In this document: piece by piece, positions 27,504 to 36,617 of the stretch
Numbering within the stretch: the stretch's first letter is position 1
Layout of the letters: every line of letters starts with the position of its first letter
The notes under the pieces: generated by a model
What the model was told of the DNA's origin: nothing
Seen by the model: the letters and a program-made list of their open reading frames with translations, nothing else
Database searches by the model: none
NCBI GenBank assembly: GCA_031370005.1
Contig: JANMPT010000025.1
Span: 32,001-96,000, forward strand
DNA length: 64,000 nucleotides
Reading direction: 5' to 3'
DNA from: Bdellovibrionales bacterium
GTDB lineage: Bacteria > Bdellovibrionota > Bdellovibrionia > Bdellovibrionales > Bdellovibrionaceae
Made by a program: the position numbers and the translations under genes

Positions 27504-28514
27504 TTGGAAATGATTATGATAAATACGAAATTAGAAAATTACTCCGTTTTAAAAATGTTAGTCTTAGAAGAGGCCCTCGGCAAGCATTCAACTGTTGAGA
27601 TGAGTCGCAGTCTGGGATTTAAATTTGATAAATACAAGCGCTGGATGAAGAATGAAAAAATATTAAAATGGGACGAGTTTAATATTTTATGTGACAGGGC
27701 CGGGCTTAACTTAACCAATGCGCTAGAAGTTATTAGATTTCCATACAGTCAGTATTTGTCGGTGAATAGTTTTTTTGCGTACCTAAAAGAATTTAATGCA
27801 TTTAAGACAAATCAGGAAGCTTCTGATTATTTAAAATGCCATGTCTCTGTGGTAAAGCGATACAACAACGGGAATACCTTTCCCGATGTCGAGACCGTTT
27901 TTAAAATGATTGATTTCAAAACTAATATATTATCTTTATTTTTGAATCGCTTGTTTTCTCAAAAAATTAACAACACCTTATTAAGGAAGTGGATCGAAGA
28001 TGGTTCGAAACAGGCACGTTTCGAGACTCAGCTTCCGTTAAGCTCAATAATAGAGGCGGCCTTAAATTTAGAGGCCTATAAGCAGAAAACGGAGGCAACG
28101 GATGTGTGGTTGGCCCAACTCTTGGGCTTTTCACGAGAGGACATTCGTGCTGTTTTAAAGCGCATGGTGGACTCACAAATTATTACCTGCGAAAAGGATG
28201 ATGTTTATTTAGTAAATAACTATACTACAAATCTAGACGGCGTGAGCAGTCAGGAGATTATACCCTTTATCCAGATTTTGAATCTCAAATTAGTGGAGAA
28301 TTTAGAAAGAAGAAAGGATGCGAACTATCAACCGGACGCACGTCCAGGTGCGGTTGTGTATAGAGTTTTTCCTGCAAGCTTAGAGTCGATGGATAAAATT
28401 AATTCGCTTTTGAGCAAAGTCAGCGTAGATATCCTAAAAATCTTAGAGGAAGACTCGCACCCTAAAATAGAGGCGAGGGCAGTATTGCTTCAGCATTTTA
28501 GCCTGACAAAATAG
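27504..28514 (+). CDS. HTH-containing regulator-like protein (DUF4423/TIGR02147-like)
   Basis: Two Xre-like HTH segments (EMSRSLGFKFDKYKRW; EASDYLKCHVSVVKRY..G..FP) and a winged-helix segment (WLAQLLGFSREDIRAVLKRM). Confidence 0.6.
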   Translation: MEMIMINTKLENYSVLKMLVLEEALGKHSTVEMSRSLGFKFDKYKRWMKNEKILKWDEFNILCDRAGLNLTNALEVIRFPYSQYLSVNSFFAYLKEFNAFKTNQEASDYLKCHVSVVKRYNNGNTFPDVETVFKMIDFKTNILSLFLNRLFSQKINNTLLRKWIEDGSKQARFETQLPLSSIIEAALNLEAYKQKTEATDVWLAQLLGFSREDIRAVLKRMVDSQIITCEKDDVYLVNNYTTNLDGVSSQEIIPFIQILNLKLVENLERRKDANYQPDARPGAVVYRVFPASLESMDKINSLLSKVSVDILKILEEDSHPKIEARAVLLQHFSLTK

Positions 28515-28540
28515 ACCCTTTGGGTTCTATTTTGTCAGGC
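28501..28540. repeat. Long inverted repeat overlapping a stop codon
   Basis: GCCTGACAAAATAGA pairs perfectly with TCTATTTTGTCAGGC (15 bp); inner CCC/GGG; no downstream U-run. Confidence 0.8.
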
Positions 28541-28589
28541 AACTGGTTGAAACTCTAGATTAGACATGCAATCTCCGAGAAGAGTTTGC

Positions 28590-29474
28590 ATGAAGGCACA
28601 ATCGCAAAATCAATTTAATTATGCCCTCGCCTTTTCAAGAAATTTGGGATGGCTGACCGAGGATGAGCAAGGCGTAATTGCACAAAAAAAAGTAGCGATT
28701 GCTGGCATGGGAGGCGTTGGTGGCCACTATGCTGAAGTCCTTGCGCGGCTTGGGGTCGCTAAGTTTCATATTTCAGATTTTGATGAATTCGAAGTCCAGA
28801 ATTTTAATCGTCAGAACTGCAGTGGGCTTAGCACTCTACACAAAAAAAAAGTAGAAGTGATAAGAGATAAAATTTTAGATATTAACCCCTTGGCCGAGGT
28901 CACAATCTTTAATAGGGGTGTGAATGCAGAAAATGTCGAATCCTTCTTAGACAGTGTCGATCTTTATCTTGATGGTTTGGATTTTTTCGTTATCGACATA
29001 AGGCAACTTGTGTTTGCAGTGGCACACCAAAAAAAAATTACGGCGATAACTATAGCGCCAGTTGGTATGGGCGCGTCCCTTGTTGTGTTTGATCAAAATT
29101 CAATGAGCTTTGTTGAGCATTTTGGTATGAAAAAAAATGATTCTTTGGAAGTATTGGCAATTAAATTCTTAATTGGACTTACTCCGACACTAAAGCAATT
29201 AAAATACCTAGTCGATCGAACGCGGACAAATTTTAATGAGAAAAAAGCGCCGTCGCTACCGATGGGGCCTTATTTATGCGCCGGTGTTGCTGGAAGCGAG
29301 GCCGTCAAAATTTTATTAAAAAGAAAAAAAATTAGAACCTCTCCTTGGGTTTTGCATTTTGATGCATATTTGCAAAGTTATAATAAAACATATTTATGGT
29401 GGGGACATAAAAACGTATTTCAAAAAATTAAATTCATAATCATTAAAAATATTTTAGGACGGCACTCTCGGTAA
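28590..29474 (+). CDS. ThiF/MoeB-family adenylyltransferase
   Basis: FSRNLG, VAIAGMGGVG, SDFDEFEVQNFNRQ, DGLDFF; lacks the CxxC zinc motifs of MoeB. Confidence 0.9.
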   Translation: MKAQSQNQFNYALAFSRNLGWLTEDEQGVIAQKKVAIAGMGGVGGHYAEVLARLGVAKFHISDFDEFEVQNFNRQNCSGLSTLHKKKVEVIRDKILDINPLAEVTIFNRGVNAENVESFLDSVDLYLDGLDFFVIDIRQLVFAVAHQKKITAITIAPVGMGASLVVFDQNSMSFVEHFGMKKNDSLEVLAIKFLIGLTPTLKQLKYLVDRTRTNFNEKKAPSLPMGPYLCAGVAGSEAVKILLKRKKIRTSPWVLHFDAYLQSYNKTYLWWGHKNVFQKIKFIIIKNILGRHSR

Positions 29475-29577
29475 ATTGTCTGATTCGTCTTAAGCAAGCA
29501 ATGACTGGTACTCATGGTCAGAGTGATAGTGCTGTTTCATTTTGACGGGAATATCTGGCAACTTCAGAGCCCTTGCC

Positions 29578-30246
29578 TCAAAACTGAAGGCGTAGCAACA
29601 GTCGGTCGGCGGTCTCTTCATCAATTAAAACAAATCGTTTTAATTCTGGTTCATAGGTATAAACATCAGCTTTTGCAATGTCGAACCACCAGCCGTGCAC
29701 GGCCAAGGTGCCCTCCTTAATCCGTTTTTGAACTGGTGGATAGGACTTTACATGCTCGATTTGAAGCAAGACATTCAGTTGAGATAGTTGGTTGTGAACC
29801 GCTAAACTTGAGTCAAGCGTCGTACCAGACATTAATTGATTAAAGGCTGGGTCGCCATGGCGAAGCCAGCTTTTTAAATTTGGCGTCGCAATGTTGTTAC
29901 GATTACTAATAAGTGCCCGCATTGCTGCGCACTCAGAATGACCACAAACGATAATATCTGAAACGTTTAAACTTAGAACAGCATACTCGATTGCAGCAGC
30001 TTCGGACTCATCGCTAGATGAGATACCATGCTTGTCACAAGGGGGAATCAAATTGCCGACGTTTCTTAAAACGAATAAGTCCCCTGGATTTGTCGACGCA
30101 AAGGTGTTGGGCACAACACGGCTATCAGAACATGCAATGAAGAGTGTGTCAGGCGACTGTCCAGTTGCTAGACGGCCGAAGGACTCTCTATAGCCCTCTT
30201 GAACTTTACGTCGAAACTCTACGATTCCTTGGATTAGCTTTCTCAC
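29578..30246 (-). CDS. Beta-class carbonic anhydrase
   Basis: CSDSR, RNVGN and GHSEC zinc ligands. Confidence 0.95.
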   Translation of the reverse strand: MRKLIQGIVEFRRKVQEGYRESFGRLATGQSPDTLFIACSDSRVVPNTFASTNPGDLFVLRNVGNLIPPCDKHGISSSDESEAAAIEYAVLSLNVSDIIVCGHSECAAMRALISNRNNIATPNLKSWLRHGDPAFNQLMSGTTLDSSLAVHNQLSQLNVLLQIEHVKSYPPVQKRIKEGTLAVHGWWFDIAKADVYTYEPELKRFVLIDEETADRLLLRLQF

Positions 30247-30359
30247 GGAAGAGGAAGCTAGCGCATTTTATAGACAAGGTCTATGATTTTATGTCATTAC
30301 CTAGCGTACACCTGCGTTGACGGACGCAGAGTGGTCTAGAGAATTACAGAATCCACGAC

Positions 30360-30557
30360 TTATCGCGCCGTTGTTCTTCCGGGCTTACTTGTCGGATTCT
30401 CCTTTAAGTTTATTCTTCTGTGGCTATGGCCGTGACTGTGGCCCGGGTTTTCTTCGGGGTTTAGAAATCGAGAGGCAGCGGGCTCTGTAGACGCGGGCTT
30501 TATTACGGATTTCTTAGTTTTGCGTTTAGCCTTTGTTTTTTTTGCTGGCGTTTTCAT
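30360..30557 (-). CDS. Small Lys/Arg-rich protein
   Basis: GAGGAG RBS; histone-H1-like basic N-terminus and a His-rich patch (GHSHGHSH). Confidence 0.5.
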   Translation of the reverse strand: MKTPAKKTKAKRKTKKSVIKPASTEPAASRFLNPEENPGHSHGHSHRRINLKENPTSKPGRTTAR

Positions 30558-30656
30558 TGGGAAACTCCTCGTTTTTTAGTAGTTGAAAACACGAGTAAGT
30601 ATAAATTAAAAGTGACGTTGTGAAATGATATTCCAGCGAAGTTGCAAAAAAACAAG

Positions 30657-32936
30657 TTATCCGAGGTGCTCAGCCTTCCTTTGAAAAACCATTAGATGAG
30701 AAACTATATATTGATATTTTCTTTCATGCTCGCGAATCAAAAGGGGCACGTCAGAGGTTTTAAGTAAATTAAAGTCAGGATCCATAAATTGTTTTATTTC
30801 ATCACTGCTAGAAATAGCGGTATTGTTTTCGCGACGAGCACCAAGCCAGTGCGCGCGAGCCGTATGTTGCTCAAGCCAAGAGTAAGGCGAAAATAAAATT
30901 AAAAGACCACCAGGACGAACCGCTCCGTTTTTCCCCGACATCGCCGCTAAACAGGCTTTAGGGTCTGGCAGGCGACAGAGGAGATTTGCCATCATAACGG
31001 CATCAAAATTATTTAACTGTGGCGGAAGATTGCAGGCATCGGCTTCTAAAAATTGAATTCGCTCCGGATGAGAGTCTTTGGGCTTTTTTGCGGTTAGACG
31101 AGTTCGGATCTCCCCTTGATCTTTGCGGTCAAACTCAATTTCATCAGCGGCCTTCAAGTGATTTGCAGCAGCGATAAATGAAGAGCTTAAATCCACGCCA
31201 GTTACTGACTCAAAGTACTGGCTAAGGACAAAGGAGGAGCCACCCACCGCGCAGCCTAAATCAAGAACTGACTTCATTGGGCCTTTGGCTTTTTTCGCCT
31301 CTGCAATAACAAGACTTGCACATCGTTGAGGAAAGGAAAGGGCTTCAGTTGGTCCGAAATCAAAAGGGAATACAACCTTCGGATCAGAAAAGTGAAGTAG
31401 CAGGTACTGAGATAACAATTCGGAACTTTCATAATCTGAGCCACCGAGCGGGCCAGCCTTATTTACCCGCATAGCACTTGTATAGTGAGCCCCTGCTGCA
31501 CTTTGAATCACTCTAAAGCCGGCATGTTGAAAAAAGTGTGGACGGAAGTGGAACCGCGCATAGGGCTCTGCTTCCGCGCCAGTACTAGCAAAAGAGCCAC
31601 CCATAATCATTTGATGTTTTCCATCAAAACACGGAGTGCTAAAATCTTCGTAGTAGGGGTGAGCAGCAAAACCCGGCAGTGGATTGAACTCATCCTCACA
31701 CCACTGCCACACATTGCCAAAGATGTCGCCAATCCCGTTTGAAGTGTGTTTATTCACAGACACCTCAGAGCCGTACTTTAAGTTTGTATTCCAAGTAGAT
31801 TTTGGATTTATGTTTGTACGCAATCGGTGATGCTCGGCTTCGCTGGTTAATCTGAAAGGGATTTCAGAATTTTCCTTAAGTGTTTTCCAGCGACAAAAGG
31901 CTTTGGCCTCATGAAAATTAACTATGACTGGCCAATCAGGTTGAAATGGTACCATATCGAAAATACGGCGAATGCTATATTCGTGAAGTCCCGCAGGACC
32001 TTCTGCAACCCAAAAGGTGGGAGCCTTGGTATTGCGGAAACTGCGCCAATTCCAACCATCTTTTGACCAGAACTTGGATTCTCGGTAACCACCGTCATTT
32101 ACGAATTCAAGATATTGTAAGTTGGTCGTCAGTGTTTGCGCGGCTTTAAAAGCGGCCACGTTCAATTCGTGATGACCATATTCATTGTCCCAGCCAAAAG
32201 TTGGAAAATCGTTAGGTTTTCCAATCTTGCAGAGGCCTTTTTCTAGGCTTACAAAACCCATTTCTGATGAATTTTTGATCTCTTTCGAGATTTCCGAGCT
32301 CGGCCATTGAGAGGGTTTTGACAAGTACTTCAACGGAAGTTCGCGTATTAAAACAGAAGAGGTTTCGAGGTGAACTTTTTCATGTTCGAAGGCCATTACC
32401 AAAGCCCAAGACTTGGTTAATTGAGAAATCGGCAGGGTCTTAGGATCTAATTGTGGATCCTCCATAATTAGATTTTTTACCAAATTGTAAACTGTACGGC
32501 GATATTCAGTTATTTCGCGAATCGCGGGCCAACGCATTTCGTTTTTGGACATATCATCCCAAGACATCTCATCAACACCGACTTCGAACAAGCTTTCAAA
32601 GTGGGGGTTGACCGGTTCATTTAGCAAACCAGCAACACGCAGTTTATTAACGTAAAGGACAGCAGGGTGTCCATAATAGAAAACCAGTGGATGGCGGAGT
32701 TGATGAATCGGGGCTCTGGTAAAAGCCTGTTCACCTTGAAGTGCTGAAAACAAAATCTCGGTCATGGTCCAAACATTATCGAAATAGTTTAGTAAATCTT
32801 GACGTGTAATATCGTTAAAATTGAGCTGAGGCAGGGAGTGATAAAAACCTGGAGAGGGTTTTTTGCCAGTCCACCACATGTTAGGACGCGGCCCCATGAG
32901 CCAGTCTTGTGAAGAGATTTTTTCCATAAGGATCAC
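30657..32936 (-). CDS. ovoA: 5-histidylcysteine sulfoxide synthase / N-methyltransferase (ovothiol biosynthesis)
   Basis: DinB-like domain with LRHPLVFYYGH and HEKVHLETSSVLIRELP, an FGE-sulfatase domain (GNVWQW, FRPHFFQHAGFR), and a C-terminal SAM domain (LDLGCAVG, NLLCRL, IREHERKYQ). Confidence 0.88.
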   Translation of the reverse strand: MILMEKISSQDWLMGPRPNMWWTGKKPSPGFYHSLPQLNFNDITRQDLLNYFDNVWTMTEILFSALQGEQAFTRAPIHQLRHPLVFYYGHPAVLYVNKLRVAGLLNEPVNPHFESLFEVGVDEMSWDDMSKNEMRWPAIREITEYRRTVYNLVKNLIMEDPQLDPKTLPISQLTKSWALVMAFEHEKVHLETSSVLIRELPLKYLSKPSQWPSSEISKEIKNSSEMGFVSLEKGLCKIGKPNDFPTFGWDNEYGHHELNVAAFKAAQTLTTNLQYLEFVNDGGYRESKFWSKDGWNWRSFRNTKAPTFWVAEGPAGLHEYSIRRIFDMVPFQPDWPVIVNFHEAKAFCRWKTLKENSEIPFRLTSEAEHHRLRTNINPKSTWNTNLKYGSEVSVNKHTSNGIGDIFGNVWQWCEDEFNPLPGFAAHPYYEDFSTPCFDGKHQMIMGGSFASTGAEAEPYARFHFRPHFFQHAGFRVIQSAAGAHYTSAMRVNKAGPLGGSDYESSELLSQYLLLHFSDPKVVFPFDFGPTEALSFPQRCASLVIAEAKKAKGPMKSVLDLGCAVGGSSFVLSQYFESVTGVDLSSSFIAAANHLKAADEIEFDRKDQGEIRTRLTAKKPKDSHPERIQFLEADACNLPPQLNNFDAVMMANLLCRLPDPKACLAAMSGKNGAVRPGGLLILFSPYSWLEQHTARAHWLGARRENNTAISSSDEIKQFMDPDFNLLKTSDVPLLIREHERKYQYIVSHLMVFQRKAEHLG

Positions 32937-32972
32937 TTACACCGAGGATCCAGTGTTGGCAAGAAAGCAGTG

Positions 32973-33605
32973 CTAAGGAGGGCGAGCTTCTATTTTTTTT
33001 TCATCCTGTACTAAGTATCTGAGTCCCAAGAGGAATCCATACTGATCTGACTTTTCATTTGGTTTACTCGTTGCGGAAAGAGAGTATCGACCTTCGAAAA
33101 TAATCGCTATTTTATCATAACTCCAAAGATCCCCTTGGATTGACCAATCAAGTCCATACTCAGTGATATCTCGAGCAGATGTGTCGATTTCTGAGCCGAC
33201 TGGAAGATCGCTATAGACAACTTGAGGCACTCCCATGGAGTAGGAAGAAAAAAAGGAAAGTGAAGTGGAAAAATAAGGGTTGATCCAGCGACGGTAGCCC
33301 ATCGAGATATGCATTACTTGGGTTTTCTCTGCAAGAAGTTGTGCTCCTTGCTCACGGAAAAACATCTGGGGCACATAAAACATTCCGATTTCAAGACTGC
33401 CGTTTTGGTTGATGTCGCCAACAGCTATTAACCCGATGCCACCCAAATATGATGAATTAATATCTGAATTGATACCAGCATAATTGGTTTTGGCGTAATA
33501 AGGGCCTAAAGTGGCGGTCACCTGGCCTTCCACAGGGTCATAAGAAAAGCTCTTCTCAGTATGGAATAGCAAAATAACCAAAAAAACCCATATAATGTTT
33601 CTCAT
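32973..33605 (-). CDS. Small outer-membrane beta-barrel protein
   Basis: Signal peptide, amphipathic strands, LGLRY near the C-terminus. Confidence 0.65.
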   Translation of the reverse strand: MRNIIWVFLVILLFHTEKSFSYDPVEGQVTATLGPYYAKTNYAGINSDINSSYLGGIGLIAVGDINQNGSLEIGMFYVPQMFFREQGAQLLAEKTQVMHISMGYRRWINPYFSTSLSFFSSYSMGVPQVVYSDLPVGSEIDTSARDITEYGLDWSIQGDLWSYDKIAIIFEGRYSLSATSKPNEKSDQYGFLLGLRYLVQDEKKIEARPP

Positions 33606-33640
33606 AAGTGAAGAGTAAGATTGATAGTACAGAAAATCCA

Positions 33641-34609
33641 ATGAAAATCGTTTTAGCGAGAGCTTTGTTCAAGCTTCTTTTCTTAGTCGTATTTTTTGTC
33701 TCATGTCAGGTTTTGGCCCAACAAGAGAATCCGCAGGATCCACCGTCTGGATTGAAGGAGGAGCGAAGTTGGGAGCAACGCTTTATTGACAGCAATATTG
33801 CGATTTCAAGGTGGTTTGACGGTATTGCTGAAGGACTTGATTTATTTTTAGTTGGCAAAAGAGTCACGAGCCGACCAAATCAAAGCAATGTTAGGATTGA
33901 AAACAGCACGGTTTCTACCGAAGGACATCAGGTAACAAATGCTATAGGAATAAGTGCGAATCCCAGGCTGCCGAACCTTGAGGAGTATTGGCATTTAAAA
34001 TTTGCGACATATGATGAACGCGAAGAAAGCCGAAAAGCGAAAAATGTTTATTTAAAACAAAGCCCTCGGGAACAAAACTATGGAGCCACTGTTGGAGTCT
34101 TCAAGAAACTTGGAAACATCCGCACTGCGTTTCAGCCTCGTATCGAATTGCAGGACCCGCTCCGAGTGTCTCACTCGCTGAGCTTTGAGAGTGTTGCAAC
34201 TTTAAAAAATTATGAGATCAATCCAAAGCTAGAGTTCTATGCAACTCCAGATAAAGGAGTTGGAGCATTCCAGGCATTGAACTTTAACTTTCAGCTGACT
34301 AAAGTCTTTTCACTAACGCTAGTAAATCAAGGGGACTATGGAGAAAAACTTCATCTTTACCTGGTAACCAATGGTATTTCCATCGGTCAAACGCTGACCC
34401 CGAAGTCGGCTTTTTCTTACAGTTTATTTTTCGGTTCCAATAATCACCCAAGTTATCATTTAGAAAGTTACAACTTTTCAGTTGCTTATAGCCAGGTATT
34501 GTACAAGCGCATTCTCGACTATCAAGTGATTCCCAATTTAGACTTTCAAAATGCAGTCTCATTTAAAGGCGTGGTTGGCATAACTTTCAATATAAATCTG
34601 AATTTCTGA
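33641..34609 (+). CDS. Outer-membrane beta-barrel protein
   Basis: Signal peptide (VLA|Q); terminal FNINLNF. Confidence 0.65.
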   Translation: MKIVLARALFKLLFLVVFFVSCQVLAQQENPQDPPSGLKEERSWEQRFIDSNIAISRWFDGIAEGLDLFLVGKRVTSRPNQSNVRIENSTVSTEGHQVTNAIGISANPRLPNLEEYWHLKFATYDEREESRKAKNVYLKQSPREQNYGATVGVFKKLGNIRTAFQPRIELQDPLRVSHSLSFESVATLKNYEINPKLEFYATPDKGVGAFQALNFNFQLTKVFSLTLVNQGDYGEKLHLYLVTNGISIGQTLTPKSAFSYSLFFGSNNHPSYHLESYNFSVAYSQVLYKRILDYQVIPNLDFQNAVSFKGVVGITFNINLNF

Positions 34610-34662
34610 TTTAAATGTAAAAAAGCTCCTTATAATTAAAGATTTATGATAGCTTTCAACTT

Positions 34663-35154
34663 ATGGAAACTTTAGTTTGTTGTGTCTGCCAAAAACCCAA
34701 GGCCACTCTTGAGTGTGGAATTTGCAAAAGTTCTATCTGTAAGAAGTGTGCGCAATTTCTTGATAGGGATACCTTTTCTTTCCTGCCTGAAGTTCCAGCG
34801 GAATTTGTAACCGGAACTTTTTGCGGCCCATGTTTTGATTTCAAAGTTAGTCCCGAGGCAGAGGTTTACAATCAGACAATGGAAGCGGCCAAAGAAGTTG
34901 CCGTGTTCTTCAATGACCAGGGGAAGGAAACACGCTTGGTGAAGCGTCTTGCTGATCCCGTTCAGGTTTTTGAATGCGCTGACCGCGATGAAACAGTTTT
35001 GCGCCTTGCCTTTTTTGCGGCCCAAGGAAATTACAACGGGATCGTAGATGTTGACGTAAAATCTGAAAAAATTAGAAGCGGATCCTACCAAACACTTCGC
35101 TGGAGAGGTACCGCAATTCCAGCGCATATCGATCCAAAGAAATTGAATAAGTAA
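34663..35154 (+). CDS. Zn-finger protein with C-terminal YbjQ-like domain
   Basis: Four CxxC pairs (CCVC, CGIC, CKKC, CGPC); NGIVDV...GTA C-terminal pattern. Confidence 0.7.
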   Translation: METLVCCVCQKPKATLECGICKSSICKKCAQFLDRDTFSFLPEVPAEFVTGTFCGPCFDFKVSPEAEVYNQTMEAAKEVAVFFNDQGKETRLVKRLADPVQVFECADRDETVLRLAFFAAQGNYNGIVDVDVKSEKIRSGSYQTLRWRGTAIPAHIDPKKLNK

Positions 35155-35186
35155 AGATTGCGACTGTGCCCTATGGGGCATAGCGG

Positions 35187-35429
35187 TCATTCATTCCAAG
35201 TGTAGTAAGCATATCCACAAAGAACAAAGCCAGCTCCCCAGGTACGGAATGCACCACTTACAAAATAGGGATATATCATTAGGATAAGGCCGATAACGAC
35301 GTTGCGGTTATTGGCGTTTCTTTTTCCATGGCGAAAAACCCAAAGGCCAATTGTTCCGAAAACTAAACCAGCGATCAAAGAACTAAGGTCAAATGAAGAT
35401 AAAAGAGGCCCAACGGGAATGTCTTCCAT
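35187..35429 (-). CDS. Small membrane protein
   Basis: Three hydrophobic segments; FGTIG...GK and LMIYPYFV. Confidence 0.7.
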   Translation of the reverse strand: MEDIPVGPLLSSFDLSSLIAGLVFGTIGLWVFRHGKRNANNRNVVIGLILMIYPYFVSGAFRTWGAGFVLCGYAYYTWNE

Positions 35430-35558
35430 AAAGCTAGCCTACACTCAAAAAAATGCGGCGTCTTGGTTTGTTCACTGAAATGATATTCTTTAAGACCTTG
35501 CAAGAATCCCAGACTAAAGTCTGTTGATGTAAGTCTATTTTATAACGATAAGTAACTA

Positions 35559-36287
35559 ATGAAAGCTTTGAGTCTGTTTTTATTTTTTATCGTTTTTGCT
35601 GCGGAGATTGATCTCGGAGAAATAAAAAATGGTTTTGCATCTAATAAAAAAGACCCCAGAATTCTCAAAATATCTGTGGTCGACAGCGAAGAATCGGCGC
35701 ATCTATTTAACAAATTTTCAGGAGACAAGAGCATTCCTTTTAGATTTCCTTTAGATGGTTGTTATGCCCGGGCTACGGAAATGGTACGGATTGCTGAAAA
35801 GGAAAAAGTTATTATGGGAAAGATTTATATTTCCGGAAGACTTATTGTAAAAACTGATAGTGCAAAGTACCCACTTATTATTTGGGGTTGGCACGTGGCC
35901 CCTTTGGTTTTTGTAAAACAGCAGGATGAAAGCATTAATCTAATGGTTTTTGATCCCTCAATTTTTAAAAAACCTGTGACTATAAAAGAGTGGAAGAAAA
36001 AGATGATGGGCCAAGTTGACGGACTAAGACCCCGAATTGACGAAGTTTATTATGGCTCAAGATACCAATACTTTCCGAGCTCATATGAGGAAAATAAGAC
36101 TAAATGGGCTAAGAAGGATTTGGACAATGCAAAAACCACTTCAGAAAAGTACAGGGCTTTGCAAGACATGGGAGCTCCCGTAGATAATAGCAACGTCCAA
36201 TACGAGAATTTTAACCAGCAAGACTCAACCAAAGAAAAGCAGTCGTATCAAGGCTGGCAAAGACAGCAAAGGCAGGGACAGCAATAA
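35559..36287 (+). CDS. Secreted protein-glutamine glutaminase (Gln amidase) catalytic domain
   Basis: Cys-His-Asp triad motifs DGCYARA, WGWHVAP and VFDPS; signal peptide; no pro-region; Gln-rich tail. Confidence 0.88.
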   Translation: MKALSLFLFFIVFAAEIDLGEIKNGFASNKKDPRILKISVVDSEESAHLFNKFSGDKSIPFRFPLDGCYARATEMVRIAEKEKVIMGKIYISGRLIVKTDSAKYPLIIWGWHVAPLVFVKQQDESINLMVFDPSIFKKPVTIKEWKKKMMGQVDGLRPRIDEVYYGSRYQYFPSSYEENKTKWAKKDLDNAKTTSEKYRALQDMGAPVDNSNVQYENFNQQDSTKEKQSYQGWQRQQRQGQQ

Positions 36288-36616
36288 TGGAGCGCTTTGG
36301 ACGTATAGTTTTTATTATGCTTACAACGGTGGTGTGCTGCATGAGTGCCCAGGCAGCAAAATTTAAGGGATACCGAAAAGGCGCGAGTGAGGAGACTATG
36401 ACCTTAAAAGAATCATTGGATCGCTTTGAGGAGACTCCGAAGGATTTTCTGATCCTCTTGCAGCGTCATTCTGGGTTCTACCTATTTCCAAAGAAGCCTG
36501 AGTATTCCTCGCAGGTTCGTGAGTTTTTAAATAGTCGTATGAAAAGTAAAAAAACAATTCAACTTCAAATAATTCCGACGACATCTCAAATTCTGAATCT
36601 CAGTGACCTGGAATAA
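36287..36616 (+). CDS. Secreted protein resembling the protein-glutaminase pro-domain (putative inhibitor or chaperone)
   Basis: TAATG coupling to the glutaminase; signal peptide (AQA); pattern HSGFY...L...K....IQLQI.P..S.I matches the remembered Chryseobacterium propeptide. Confidence 0.6.
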   Translation: MERFGRIVFIMLTTVVCCMSAQAAKFKGYRKGASEETMTLKESLDRFEETPKDFLILLQRHSGFYLFPKKPEYSSQVREFLNSRMKSKKTIQLQIIPTTSQILNLSDLE

Positions 36617-36617
36617 G

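Noticed and set aside
30657..32936. EgtB (ergothioneine) or a selenoxide synthase (SenA/OvsA)
   Set aside because: The motifs and fused C-terminal methyltransferase fit OvoA, and no egtD, selD or senB is adjacent.
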